The notes under the pieces are model-generated. The model saw only the letters and a list, made by a program, of their open reading frames with translations. It had not been told where the DNA came from and made no database searches. A stretch of 64,000 nucleotides of DNA from Ignavibacteriota bacterium. Lineage in GTDB: Bacteria > Bacteroidota > Ignavibacteria > Palsa-1295. Location of the stretch: positions 32,001 through 96,000 of the forward strand of contig CAWBEI010000003.1 in assembly GCA_963787835.1 (NCBI GenBank), written 5' to 3'. Shown one piece after another: positions 50,808 through 60,104 of the stretch. Numbering within the stretch: position 1 is the first letter of the stretch; every line of letters starts with the position of its first letter. The position numbers were made by a program, and so were the translations under genes.

Positions 50808-51773
50808 TTACTGAGCCTCATCTGGAGTACCGCTATCCGGTATCTCCAGATCATTCTGTTCCTTCACCTCTTCCGTCGCTGACTTTTTTGCAACCTTTGG
50901 CTTCGTCGTCGCCGATTGTGGCTCACCTGCCTTTTTGCCTTCAGACGGCGCCTTCTTCTTCCCGGCGGGTGAAAGCACCATGGACATCATGCGGCCCATC
51001 ATGGACATATCCTGATCGACCTTGGCTATGTCCTCCATGCGAGCTTTGAAGTTGTTCAGCAATTCTTCGCCGAATTGCTTGTAGGTCACTTCGCGGCCTT
51101 TGAACTGGACATACGCTTTTACTTTGTGTCCTTCTTCGATGAAATTCCGCGCATGTCGCACCTTGAATTCGAAATCATGAGTATCCGTGTGCGGATGGAA
51201 GCGCACTTCCTTCAATAACTGCTGATGCGATGATTTCTTCGCAAGCTTCTCTCGCTTTTGTTGCTCATATTTCCATTTGCCGAATTCGATGATCTTGCAG
51301 ACCGGCGGTTTCGCATTCGGAACGATCTCGATCAGATCCATCTGCTTGGCGCGTGCGATCTCGATCGCTTCTTTGGGAGACATGACACCGACCATCTCTC
51401 CATCATTACCGATCACGCGAACTTCTGTTGCCCGGATCTGCTCGTTCATTCTAACGCCTGGATCGCGTGATGGAAGAACCCGGCTGAAGCGCTCCATGCG
51501 TTTGGATGCCTTCGGAGCACCAGTAGGAGCTCCACTTGGGCGCGGGGTCAGCGTGGCTGGGCGACTTGTGGCACCCCCTCCTTTCACTGGCTTGACGGAA
51601 GATTTATCAGATGGGCTGCGCTTTTTTAGCGTCATGCCACCAACATTGACTTGAGAGGGCGTCGCGGGAGCATGATCTGTTTTAGCTATTGTCTCAGTTG
51701 TATCGGCGGTCTCCGTAGTAACATCAATTAGCTCCTCATCAATTACGGAGGAAGTAGTATCGAAATTATTCAA
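50808..51773 (-). CDS. infC: translation initiation factor IF-3 with long N- and C-terminal extensions
   Basis: NEQIRA.EVRVIG, PPVCKI.EFGKWKYE, KEVRFHP, FKGRE; start uncertain (TTG at 51773). Confidence 0.93.
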   Translation of the reverse strand: MNNFDTTSSVIDEELIDVTTETADTTETIAKTDHAPATPSQVNVGGMTLKKRSPSDKSSVKPVKGGGATSRPATLTPRPSGAPTGAPKASKRMERFSRVLPSRDPGVRMNEQIRATEVRVIGNDGEMVGVMSPKEAIEIARAKQMDLIEIVPNAKPPVCKIIEFGKWKYEQQKREKLAKKSSHQQLLKEVRFHPHTDTHDFEFKVRHARNFIEEGHKVKAYVQFKGREVTYKQFGEELLNNFKARMEDIAKVDQDMSMMGRMMSMVLSPAGKKKAPSEGKKAGEPQSATTKPKVAKKSATEEVKEQNDLEIPDSGTPDEAQ

Positions 51774-51795
51774 ATAGTGTATAGTTAGTTAAAAG

Positions 51796-51880
51796 CTGGA
51801 TTACCCGAATCTAATAATTAAAAGATTCAAAAAATCTGTTAATTACATCAGCGTAATTAAAAATAATCTGCGCAGTCCAG
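51796..51880. repeat. imperfect inverted repeat between thrS and infC
   Basis: CTGGATTACCCGAAT...ATCTGCGCAGTCCAG. Confidence 0.45.
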
Positions 51881-51888
51881 ACTCAGAT

Positions 51889-53820
51889 TTATTCTGGAAT
51901 AGCACATTCATCTTTCAACATCGCTAATGCCTCATCCAATGAAACCGTTCCAACGTTGCCTTTCCCATGCCGGCGAACAGCTACCGACCGTGCCGATCGC
52001 TCCTTTTCACCGACCACCAGCATGACCGGAACCTTCATCATTTCGTGATCGCGGATACGTGCATTCACTTTATCGTGTGAGGCATCGATCTTCACCCGCG
52101 CGCCGATGTCTTCCAAAGCTTTCCGGACCTCTTCTGCATACGTTTCCTGTGCATCCGTGATGGGTAATACCACCACTTGCGTGGGCGCGAGCCATGTTGG
52201 AAAATTGCCGGCATAATGCTCGATCAGCAAGCTGCAAAACCGCTCGAACGTGCCGAATGGCGCACGATGAATAACCACAGGGCGATGCTTCTGCCCGTCG
52301 GCACCCGTGTATTCCAGATCGAACCGTTCGGGCATGACATAATCTACCTGAACGGTGCCAAGCTGCCACTCGCGGCCGATCGCATCCTTCAGCATGAAGT
52401 CGATCTTCGGACCATAAAATGCCGCTTCGCCGATTTCCACTTTGCTTTCCAAGTTCATGACTCGCGCCGCTTCGAGCACGTCCAGTTCGGCGCGTTCCCA
52501 TTGCTCATCGGAGCCGCCATATTTTGCTTTGTTATTCTTATCCCGGAACGAAAGCGATACTCGAAAACCCGTTAGCCCGACAACGCTTGAAACATGCTGC
52601 GTCAGTTTGATCACATCGCACAATTCTGCAAGTAATTGCTCCGGAGCGCAGAAAATATGCGCGTCATCCTGCGTCATGCCTCGCACGCGGCTAAGGCCTG
52701 TCAGCTCGCCGGATTGCTCGTAGCGATACACCGTACCGAACTCCGCAAGCCGCACTGGAAGATCGCGGTACGAGCGTGGCTTCGAGTTGTAGATCGTAAA
52801 GTGATGCGGGCAGTTCATCGGCTTCAGCAGATACGACTCCCCATCCTCCAACACGATCGGCGGAAATTGACTATCTTTGTAATACGGATAGTGGCCGCTC
52901 GTCTTATAGAGTTCCAAATTTCCAATGTGCGGCGAGATCACCTGCTCGTAACCATGCTTCCTGAGAACTTTCCTCAAAAATGCTTCGAGGGTTTGCCGAA
53001 GTGCTGCTCCATTCGGAAGCCACAGCGGAAGACCTCCACCAACTTTTGGCGAGATAAGAAAAAGCTCCAGCTCTTTCCCGATTTTTCGATGATCCCGCTT
53101 TTCTGCTTCTTCACGCTGAGTGATAAACTCATCGAGTTCCTTCTTTGTCGGAAAGCTGACGCCATAAACGCGGGTTAGCATGGGCCGCTTCTCATCGCCG
53201 CGCCAGTAGGCTCCGGCGATAGAAAGCAATTTCGGAAATTTGATCTTGCCCGTCGATGGCACATGTGTGCCTCGGCATAGATCCACGAAATTTCCTTGCT
53301 CGTAAAACGTGATGGGCTGACCCTGCAAGCCTTCCAGCAATTCGAGTTTCAGCCAATCTCCTTTCGCCTTGAAGTACTCGATGGCTTCATTGTACTCCTT
53401 CGGAATGCGCTTGTACGGCACATCCCGAGCGGCAAGCTCGTACATTTTCGCCTCGATCTTCACGAGATCGTCCGGAGTAAGCTTCTGCCCTTCCGGTAAT
53501 TCCATATCGTAGTACCAACCATTCGCAATGGGCGGACCGATTCCGAATCTGGTACCCGGAAAGATCGCCTCGACCGCCTCAGCCATCAAATGCGCTGATG
53601 AATGCCAGAAGATGCTCTTGCCATCTTCATCGCGCCACTGGACGATCCGCACTGCCGCATCATTTAGGATGGGCGTTGCCAGATCATAAGGGACATTATC
53701 GACAAAAATGCCAAGCGCAGCATCGGCAAGGCGTGGCGAGATCGAATGGGCGATCTCCATGCCGGTTGTGCCTTTCGGAAATTCTCTTACACTCCCATCC
53801 GGGAAGGTAATATGGATCAT
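51889..53820 (-). CDS. thrS: threonine--tRNA ligase
   Basis: HSSAHLMA, DLCRG.H, RDHRKIG, KPMNCP.H, AFYGPKID, IHRA. Confidence 0.98.
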   Translation of the reverse strand: MIHITFPDGSVREFPKGTTGMEIAHSISPRLADAALGIFVDNVPYDLATPILNDAAVRIVQWRDEDGKSIFWHSSAHLMAEAVEAIFPGTRFGIGPPIANGWYYDMELPEGQKLTPDDLVKIEAKMYELAARDVPYKRIPKEYNEAIEYFKAKGDWLKLELLEGLQGQPITFYEQGNFVDLCRGTHVPSTGKIKFPKLLSIAGAYWRGDEKRPMLTRVYGVSFPTKKELDEFITQREEAEKRDHRKIGKELELFLISPKVGGGLPLWLPNGAALRQTLEAFLRKVLRKHGYEQVISPHIGNLELYKTSGHYPYYKDSQFPPIVLEDGESYLLKPMNCPHHFTIYNSKPRSYRDLPVRLAEFGTVYRYEQSGELTGLSRVRGMTQDDAHIFCAPEQLLAELCDVIKLTQHVSSVVGLTGFRVSLSFRDKNNKAKYGGSDEQWERAELDVLEAARVMNLESKVEIGEAAFYGPKIDFMLKDAIGREWQLGTVQVDYVMPERFDLEYTGADGQKHRPVVIHRAPFGTFERFCSLLIEHYAGNFPTWLAPTQVVVLPITDAQETYAEEVRKALEDIGARVKIDASHDKVNARIRDHEMMKVPVMLVVGEKERSARSVAVRRHGKGNVGTVSLDEALAMLKDECAIPE

Positions 53821-53944
53821 TGGTTGCTAAATCTTTCTGAAAAATGAAATTGGAAGTCTCACAACAGAAGCCGGGCAGCAACGTTTCCCGACCCATCCCA
53901 TGCATCCTATTCATCCCATAAATCCAGGTTCTCGCTTTCCCCCG

Positions 53945-54169
53945 GAAATAGGTGCCATTTTTCTTTCTTTCGAGTTCCCGATGACCCCTCGTTTCCAAGC
54001 TGATTTCGCCATTTCTTGAAAAAGTTATCCACAAAACATTTTCATGGAGAACTCGTTCATAGCGAAAACTACCGCAATTGTCAATGAACATGGCACCAAC
54101 ACTATTCTTAAAGACACTGGTGCCTATCATAGCACACCACAATATACGGCGGGAATTTCCAGAAGTCAA
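53945..54169 (-). repeat. dispersed ~200-bp promoter-bearing element, copy B
   Basis: Homologous to 21111-21314; contains TTGACT-N17-TATATT. Confidence 0.8.
54141..54169 (-). promoter_or_regulatory. sigma70-type promoter facing thrS
   Basis: TTGACT (54169-54164), 17-bp spacer, TATATT (54146-54141). Confidence 0.7.
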
Positions 54170-54335
54170 GCGATTTCTGAAAATAATCGAAAATAATTGC
54201 TCGTGTAGTCATTGTCTGAACCGGGATTTTTTGGATGGATGAGATTTTTGAGATAGATTGGAAGGATACAAAACCATCCCATACATCCTATTCATCCCAT
54301 TAATCCAGGTTCTGACTTCCCCGAACCCACTTACC

Positions 54336-54830
54336 TCACCGGTTGATCTCCACGAGCAAGATCCACGAATTCATCAGGCCAACGACAAAGCAGACCATCG
54401 ATCCGGCGGCGAGAAGGCTAAGCGCTGGCCTTAGCTCTTGACCGAAGCATGGAAGCATCGCAATACCGGCTGCGACAAAAGGCAGCGTCGCGCACTGCTT
54501 GAAGGCGAAGGCAAGGCGCGTCCAGTGGAGGTATTGCGATGGAACCTTCTTGCGTCCCGCGATACTCGGATACGAGGTGAGCACCCACGCGGCGATGCTC
54601 GCGGCAAGTATTTCGAGCGACATCATGAGCCTGCTTTGGCCCGGAATAAGCATCAGGCACGAAATGAGCAGCACCAGCGCAAGCACAACGATCGCATCCA
54701 ATGCCCGCTGCGGAAGATGTGGATAGCTCATGATCTTCGCCAGATTGATCGAGATCCCTACGAAGACCAATCCCGCCAGCGCCGCCGACGCGCCCGCCTC
54801 CGCCATAAAAAAATTACCCCATTCCTGCAT
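54336..54830 (-). CDS. conserved small membrane protein
   Basis: W..FF.A.AGASAALAGLVFV.ISIN; NSWILLVEI; about 5 TM. Confidence 0.8.
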   Translation of the reverse strand: MQEWGNFFMAEAGASAALAGLVFVGISINLAKIMSYPHLPQRALDAIVVLALVLLISCLMLIPGQSRLMMSLEILAASIAAWVLTSYPSIAGRKKVPSQYLHWTRLAFAFKQCATLPFVAAGIAMLPCFGQELRPALSLLAAGSMVCFVVGLMNSWILLVEINR

Positions 54831-55030
54831 GTTCGATGTGTGTATCTATAAAGTGAACTTCGTTCACCTAAGCAATGATCGGATGAACCCTATCGTACAA
54901 AAATACGAATCCGAAAGGATGCTACGGAGGTAAGCACTTAACGTGGCAATGTCAAGAGACTGCGAGTAATAATCGTTTGAAACTGGATTTATGGGATGAA
55001 TGGGAGATTAGCGATAGGAGGCCGGAGTTG

Positions 55031-55552
55031 CTAAGCCAATTGTTTTAAATTTGAATTTATTGTGGCAAATACACCATGAGAAGGTACAAATTCTCCCGTG
55101 CATGAATACTCAAACCGCTTTTTATCCATTGTCGTCCACCGGATTTGAACCCCCACAAACAATTTTACTTCGCCACTAAGAATGGCTTTAATGTAAATGC
55201 CTTCTAACGGCCATGTTTGTGCCTTCCGCATCCCTGGAGGTAAAATTGGATCCTTATCTAATCCCCTAAGTTGTAGCTTAGAGAGCTCATCGGAAAAATC
55301 TGACCGTATTTCCACATTTGTTGCAACTGTTTTCCCATAATTCTTGAAGATAAAATTAAGGGTACCCGCACCTGTCGCTTCAGTCCATCCAATCCTCATT
55401 CGCGTGACGATTATGATTGCGCGATTAAGATTAATGAGGTCACGCTGAGTTCTTAGAGCGGAAATCCACAATGCAAGCGTAGCAATTACAAGACCAGCGG
55501 TGAATATAGCCGTCCATCCGGCAGCATCGAGGCAAAGAAGCATCTTAGTCAC
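55031..55552 (-). CDS. hypothetical membrane-anchored protein
   Basis: WTAIFT..LVIAT TM, then FKNYGKTVATNV beta-sandwich pattern; AT-richer DNA. Confidence 0.7.
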   Translation of the reverse strand: MTKMLLCLDAAGWTAIFTAGLVIATLALWISALRTQRDLINLNRAIIIVTRMRIGWTEATGAGTLNFIFKNYGKTVATNVEIRSDFSDELSKLQLRGLDKDPILPPGMRKAQTWPLEGIYIKAILSGEVKLFVGVQIRWTTMDKKRFEYSCTGEFVPSHGVFATINSNLKQLA

Positions 55553-57560
55553 TAATTTTATTTGGTGGAACAGTTTCTTCGTTGGATTTTACGTCCCCAA
55601 TTTCATCAAAGTTTGCCACAACATGAATTAAGCGGTTTGCTTGCTTATCGAGCCGTAGGTCTTTAACATATAGGATCAAATTGAAAGGAATTCCTGGCTC
55701 AACCCATCGCGGTTCAACAAGTTTTCTAATGTCATAATCCATCGAATATTGTAATGTATCACCGTTGTCATTTTTAATCGAAAGTCCTTGAAAGAGAAGG
55801 GCACTGATCTCTTGAGGATTGCGAATTTTGATTCTTATTCTACCGAACGGAAATACTTCCCCTAAATTTAACCGTAATAGATCGATTTGAGGCGGATTGC
55901 TCGTTTGTCCAACGATTCGAGGCCGCGTTCTCGATTGCGACGTTATGTCTTTGAATGAAACATCAGAGAGCTTCCAGCCTTTTGCCTCATCGAAATTCCT
56001 CACCTGCTCATAGGCGCGCGTTATTGGATAAACATATGCTTCGAAAGATGAGCGATAGAAGTCATTAATATCCGTGAATAATTCCTTCGCTTCGCCGTCC
56101 AATGATTCTTTATTCAACAGTTCCCATTTGACTTGCCCTAAACTTCGAAAAACCCGTTTGAATTCGATTAGTTGCGCGTTATGATTCATCAGCATGAGTC
56201 CTGTCATTCCATTGCGGAGATCGTGGACAATATATTGTAGTCCCGCTTGCCCTAGTAATACGTCAGCGTGCCCATCCGTATATTGCACTCGCACTGTTAC
56301 TTCTCGATAGCGTCGTTCTATCTCCGCAAAATCTGCCCTGAGTGCAGATGCAGACTTTACAGGGTAAGCCTCCACAGTTCGCTCCGCTGTCCTCTCTGTG
56401 CTAGTCTGCAACAATTTTCCTTCCTCTTCATGCTTTCGAAACTCCGAATGCTTCAATTCGAGGTATCCCAAAAACACCCCCTCATTTCCAGACGATTTTT
56501 CACTTAGGCGGGGACGGAAATAGTCAAGTAACGTTTCGACGTAAATCCTTTTAGCCGTCACGCCTATTCGCTCTTTTAGCTGAGCCTCGACATTCTGCTT
56601 TGCCTGATCTAATAAAAGCTGATTGTACAGCCCCTTACCGATGAATTTCAGGAAGTCCATCAAATCGGAATCGACACCTGTCTCATTTTGCTTCTCCGGC
56701 TCAATCGGAGGGGCGACTTCGGTTGATATAGGCTTTTTGCCGGTTTCTTTTTCAAATACTTTAGTGTAATGTTCGTGCCTTGTGCGGATAAGATTTTCCA
56801 TTGTTTCTTTCGAATGGAAGAAGTGTGGATCAGTTCGCCAAGCGGCATCTTCATGCATGAAGTTCTCTATAACGACCAACTTTTCTGCGGTGTTTGATGA
56901 GTTTCTAATTTGCAGATCTAATTCCCCGGCCCAGTAAAGATATCGTTTTCCACCAACATCCGCCTTTGCGGCTTCTTCTCGTCTCAGCGCAGCTTGCTGG
57001 GCTTGTTCGAATAAAGCAACCATCTCTGGCGTGGAAGCTGGGCCATCCAGTGTTCGATTCGTTCGCATTGATGTCCATTTTCGAACGTTTGTGAATGGAT
57101 AATATACAGAGTGGTCAGACCTTCTTACCTCATCATTTAATTTAACATATGTTCCCATAATTCGATCCAACATACCTGAGGGATCAATGCACTCTACATC
57201 TTTGATAATTTCGCCATCTAAGGGACGCTCGAATCCGTCACTAATTATTGGGATTTTTGCCGTGACCTCTTGCTGTCGAATGTTTGATTTTTGCCGTTCT
57301 ATCAAACTGTCAATTGTCTCATCACGATAAAGCCAATTTAGTATGTTTCTCGTGGTCCGTTTATAGAGTCGAACACAAAAGCTCCAAATCAGCTTAAAAA
57401 AATTTTTCTTGAATACCGGCCCCAGAAAACCAAGAATCACAATGAGGGCTGCAATGCCTTCAAGCCAACGAATATCAATTCCGAAAATAAAATAAGTCGT
57501 TTCGCCCAACAAAAAGGGAAAGGATAACTTAATAACAGCGAAAAGAAAAAGCATTATCAT
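55545..57560 (-). CDS. large hypothetical membrane-anchored protein (671 aa)
   Basis: Long ORF with N-terminal TMs, overlaps the next gene by 8 bp; AT-richer DNA. Confidence 0.75.
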   Translation of the reverse strand: MIMLFLFAVIKLSFPFLLGETTYFIFGIDIRWLEGIAALIVILGFLGPVFKKNFFKLIWSFCVRLYKRTTRNILNWLYRDETIDSLIERQKSNIRQQEVTAKIPIISDGFERPLDGEIIKDVECIDPSGMLDRIMGTYVKLNDEVRRSDHSVYYPFTNVRKWTSMRTNRTLDGPASTPEMVALFEQAQQAALRREEAAKADVGGKRYLYWAGELDLQIRNSSNTAEKLVVIENFMHEDAAWRTDPHFFHSKETMENLIRTRHEHYTKVFEKETGKKPISTEVAPPIEPEKQNETGVDSDLMDFLKFIGKGLYNQLLLDQAKQNVEAQLKERIGVTAKRIYVETLLDYFRPRLSEKSSGNEGVFLGYLELKHSEFRKHEEEGKLLQTSTERTAERTVEAYPVKSASALRADFAEIERRYREVTVRVQYTDGHADVLLGQAGLQYIVHDLRNGMTGLMLMNHNAQLIEFKRVFRSLGQVKWELLNKESLDGEAKELFTDINDFYRSSFEAYVYPITRAYEQVRNFDEAKGWKLSDVSFKDITSQSRTRPRIVGQTSNPPQIDLLRLNLGEVFPFGRIRIKIRNPQEISALLFQGLSIKNDNGDTLQYSMDYDIRKLVEPRWVEPGIPFNLILYVKDLRLDKQANRLIHVVANFDEIGDVKSNEETVPPNKISD

Positions 57561-57650
57561 TCAAGCAAAATTACGGACTTTTAAGCCCTCATTGGCAGGA
57601 AAATCTCAACAACAAACGAGAAGTAGGAAAAATCAAACTTCCCTCCCCGT

Positions 57651-57742
57651 TTTTCGTCGTGCGGTTTGGAACTATACCGCCGTCAACTCTGGCACGTGCT
57701 CGCCCAAGTATTTTTCTGTTTTAGGGTTCCAATAACCTCCAT
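57651..57742 (-). repeat. direct repeat copy 1: 19-aa micro-ORF (57683-57742) plus hairpin
   Basis: MEVIGTLKQKNTWASTCQS*; homologous to 58459-58550. Confidence 0.8.
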
Positions 57743-57778
57743 AAGTGAGGCGAGCGGGTGTGCGGCAATACTAATGCT

Positions 57779-58063
57779 TTACAACCGCGCGGAAGGATTT
57801 GCACGAAGATCGCTCAGGCCTTGGTGAATAAGCAGTCCAATGGTTTCGGCAAGGGATTTTCTTCGTTTAGCGGCAAGTTCGCTGAGCTGCGAGAACTCAT
57901 CGTCACGAATCGCCACCGGTATGACATGCCCGGCCCGGTGAAGATTGGGCATTTCCACTTTGCTCGCATCGACATGATCGGAGGTGTCATGCGTTAGCAT
58001 CCACTGCGCAACTTCTTCTTCACTCTGCCCTTGCGGCATTTTCTTCGTTGATCGGTTTTCCAT
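57779..58063 (-). CDS. BrnA/CopG-type antitoxin
   Basis: SEEE.AQW..THD.SD..D N-terminus and RHH-like C-terminus; overlaps the toxin gene. Confidence 0.75.
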   Translation of the reverse strand: MENRSTKKMPQGQSEEEVAQWMLTHDTSDHVDASKVEMPNLHRAGHVIPVAIRDDEFSQLSELAAKRRKSLAETIGLLIHQGLSDLRANPSARL

Positions 58064-58343
58064 ATTTTTTCTGTTCTCGTTCGTTTGCCCTGCGCGCAGA
58101 GATCGGCCTGATCTCATCGTATCGCATCGTAAAACTCACTAACAAGTATTTTCCAAAATTGTTTTTGCCATACGCATAATAGCGTTCCTCCACTTCGGAG
58201 TGCATGTCATCCGGATAGATTCGGAGATCGGGATCCCAGAAGACCTTCTCGCACTCTTCGCACGAAATCCCATGCTCGCGGCGGTTCTTGTCGCGGTTAC
58301 CATCATCCCATTGGAAGCGAGGAGGCCATGGAAGTTTTATCAC
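58020..58343 (-). CDS. BrnT family toxin
   Basis: FQWD.GN..KN..EHGIS..E.E.VF.D; HS..EERY..G; IRPISARRAN.RE. Confidence 0.9.
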   Translation of the reverse strand: MIKLPWPPRFQWDDGNRDKNRREHGISCEECEKVFWDPDLRIYPDDMHSEVEERYYAYGKNNFGKYLLVSFTMRYDEIRPISARRANEREQKKYGKPINEENAARAE

Positions 58344-58458
58344 GCCGAGAATAGCGAACGATTAGTCAAAATAAGCTCCTCATATTTAAATCTCTATGCA
58401 AGAATACACCTTTGCCCTCAAAATGATTCTCCCACAAAAACCCCAACTTTCCAGCCCA

Positions 58459-58550
58459 TTTTCGTCGCACGGTTTGGAACTATACCGCCGTCAACTCTGG
58501 CATAAGCTGGCCCAAGTATTTTTCTGTTTCAGTGTGCCAATCAGTTCCAT
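58459..58550 (-). repeat. direct repeat copy 2: 19-aa micro-ORF (58491-58550) plus hairpin
   Basis: MELIGTLKQKNTWASLCQS*. Confidence 0.8.
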
Positions 58551-58562
58551 CCGCGTGCTCGC

Positions 58563-58703
58563 ACTCCCTCTCCCCACGTAGTGGGGAGAGGGACATTCCG
58601 TCGCAGACGGAATCGGGTGAGGGGGCGTCGCAGACGGAATCGGGTGAGGGAGTGCACCAACAGCGCCGTAAGCTCTCTCGGGCTGGAAGCACCGACCTAC
58701 GCG
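58563..58703. repeat. CCCTCTCCCC..GGGGAGAGGG palindrome, tandem CGTCGCAGACGGAATCGGGTGAGGG duplication and a GTAG REP
   Basis: Hairpin at 58565-58592; two 25-bp tandem copies; REP at 58679-58703. Confidence 0.8.
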
Positions 58704-58857
58704 GGAAATCTGGAAATGAGATGTTATTCATGTAGAAAAATTCGGGACTTTCTTGACCCGCGCCGGATGTTAAGGAGCGTCTAAAAACGGAGTTGCATCC
58801 GTTTTAGGCCGTCAAAAACCCTAGTCAAAATCATTTTTCTCACCTACCCGGTAAGGA

Positions 58858-60024
58858 ATGAATAAAAGAAACAGAACAATACTCATCGGCGCGATCGGGG
58901 TGATCGTCGTTGGTTTTATTATCTATCGCGTCGCTACCATAAAGCCGACGGCAGGAAAAAAACAGCCAACCCCACCGGTCGTTGTAGCGAATCCGGTCCG
59001 GATGGACATCACTTATAAGCTGGAGTACGATGGCGATGTGATCCCCGTGCTTCAGGCGTATGTGTTCAGCCGCGTCTCGGGTTTGCTGCAATCGATCTAT
59101 ACGGATATGGGAAAGCGCGTCCGCCGGAATCAGCTTATCGCCTTGATCGATACGTCGGAAGCGTATCAAACGGCCATGCAATCGCAGGCGGCGTATTATA
59201 ATGCTAAGGTCACCGAAGCCCGCACGCGTGAACTATTCGGTAAACATCTTGCTGCCCAGCAGGATCTCGATAATGCCGTTGCAACGCTGCGCTCGGCCGA
59301 AGCAACGTACGATGCAAATAAGGTTCTGCTCGATTATTGCAAGATCTATTCGCCGTTCGATGGCTGGGTAACCAAACGGTGGCTCGATCCCGGTTCTGTC
59401 GTTACTTCCAACCCCATTGTTGGCAACAGCAATAGCTCGATCTTCACGATCATGGATATTGACACGGTAAAGATAGACATCAATGTGCTCGATCGGGATA
59501 TTGCTAAAATTCCGCAAGTTAAGAAGTCGATCGCTACGGTCGATGTCATTCCGGGGCGACAGTATGAGGCGTTTATTTCACGCTCGGCACAGGCTGTTAC
59601 CACCACTACGCGGACGATGCCCGTCGAGATCGTGATCCCCAATAAAGATGAGAGCATCAAGCCTGGCGAGTTCGCGCGAGTGACCTTAGTGCTTGGCGAA
59701 AATCCACAGGCACTTACCGTGCCAACCGAGGCAGTGCTTCGCGATAATGCCGGAACCTATGTATATGTAGTTCAGGATACGGTCGCTAAACGAAAAAGTG
59801 TGCAGACCGGGATCACACAAAACGGAAGGCTCGAAATCCTCTCCGGTCTCGATGATGCGGATCGTGTGATCATTATTGGTCAAACGTTCGTGCACCCGAA
59901 TGGGAAAGTCCTTATTGTCAAAAATCCAAATCCTGCAGACGCCAACCATACCTATTCCACGGACTCTTCTACCCCGCCGCCTTCCGCACCGACTCCATCC
60001 ACCGATATAACTAAGAAACAATAA
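58858..60024 (+). CDS. RND efflux membrane fusion protein
   Basis: N-terminal anchor, SRVSG, IYSPFDG.V, IKPGEFA, LTVPTEAV, EILSGL. Confidence 0.92.
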   Translation: MNKRNRTILIGAIGVIVVGFIIYRVATIKPTAGKKQPTPPVVVANPVRMDITYKLEYDGDVIPVLQAYVFSRVSGLLQSIYTDMGKRVRRNQLIALIDTSEAYQTAMQSQAAYYNAKVTEARTRELFGKHLAAQQDLDNAVATLRSAEATYDANKVLLDYCKIYSPFDGWVTKRWLDPGSVVTSNPIVGNSNSSIFTIMDIDTVKIDINVLDRDIAKIPQVKKSIATVDVIPGRQYEAFISRSAQAVTTTTRTMPVEIVIPNKDESIKPGEFARVTLVLGENPQALTVPTEAVLRDNAGTYVYVVQDTVAKRKSVQTGITQNGRLEILSGLDDADRVIIIGQTFVHPNGKVLIVKNPNPADANHTYSTDSSTPPPSAPTPSTDITKKQ

Positions 60025-60094
60025 TGTAGCGCAAACTTCAATTTGCGACCCCTCCGCCACAGCGCTCCGGTCGCACACTGATGTTTGCGCTACA
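60025..60094. repeat. inverted GTAG REP doublet (REPIN-like)
   Basis: TGTAGCGCAAACTTCAATTTGCGAC...GTCGCACACTGATGTTTGCGCTACA. Confidence 0.8.
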
Positions 60095-60104
60095 ACTTAA
60101 TTCC

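Larger units (their letters stand above)
53892..55015. repeat. four arms of an ~9-mer-periodic CATCC/GGATG repeat ending AATCCAGGTTC
   Basis: Arms at about 53892-53922 and 54273-54312 (same orientation) and 54217-54270 and 54979-55015 (inverted); a fifth arm at about 63246-63283. Confidence 0.75.

Noticed and set aside
54025-54033. TTATCCACA DnaA box suggesting oriC
   Set aside because: A single box, not conserved in the homologous element at 21 kb, and no dnaA context.
53696-54169. 157-aa ORF upstream of thrS
   Set aside because: It starts on the -35 box, runs through repeats and overlaps thrS out of frame; the homologous frame in copy A has a stop.
57651-57694. CQS-UGA read as a CxxU selenocysteine motif with a SECIS hairpin
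   Set aside because: The read-through products of the two copies diverge after about 10 codons, and the loop lies closer to the UGA than usual for bacterial SECIS elements. Unlikely, though not excluded.
57651-58550. Direct repeats as integron attC sites
   Set aside because: No RYYYAAC/GTTRRRY boxes, no full-length palindrome and no integrase in the window.
58596-58652. Tandem 25-bp repeat as a mini CRISPR array
   Set aside because: Two adjacent copies with essentially no spacer, and no cas genes.
58480-58784. Short ORFs (58480-58731, 58532-58735, 58581-58784)
   Set aside because: They are translations of palindromic repeats; differences between repeat copies are nonsynonymous in the 58480-58731 frame.
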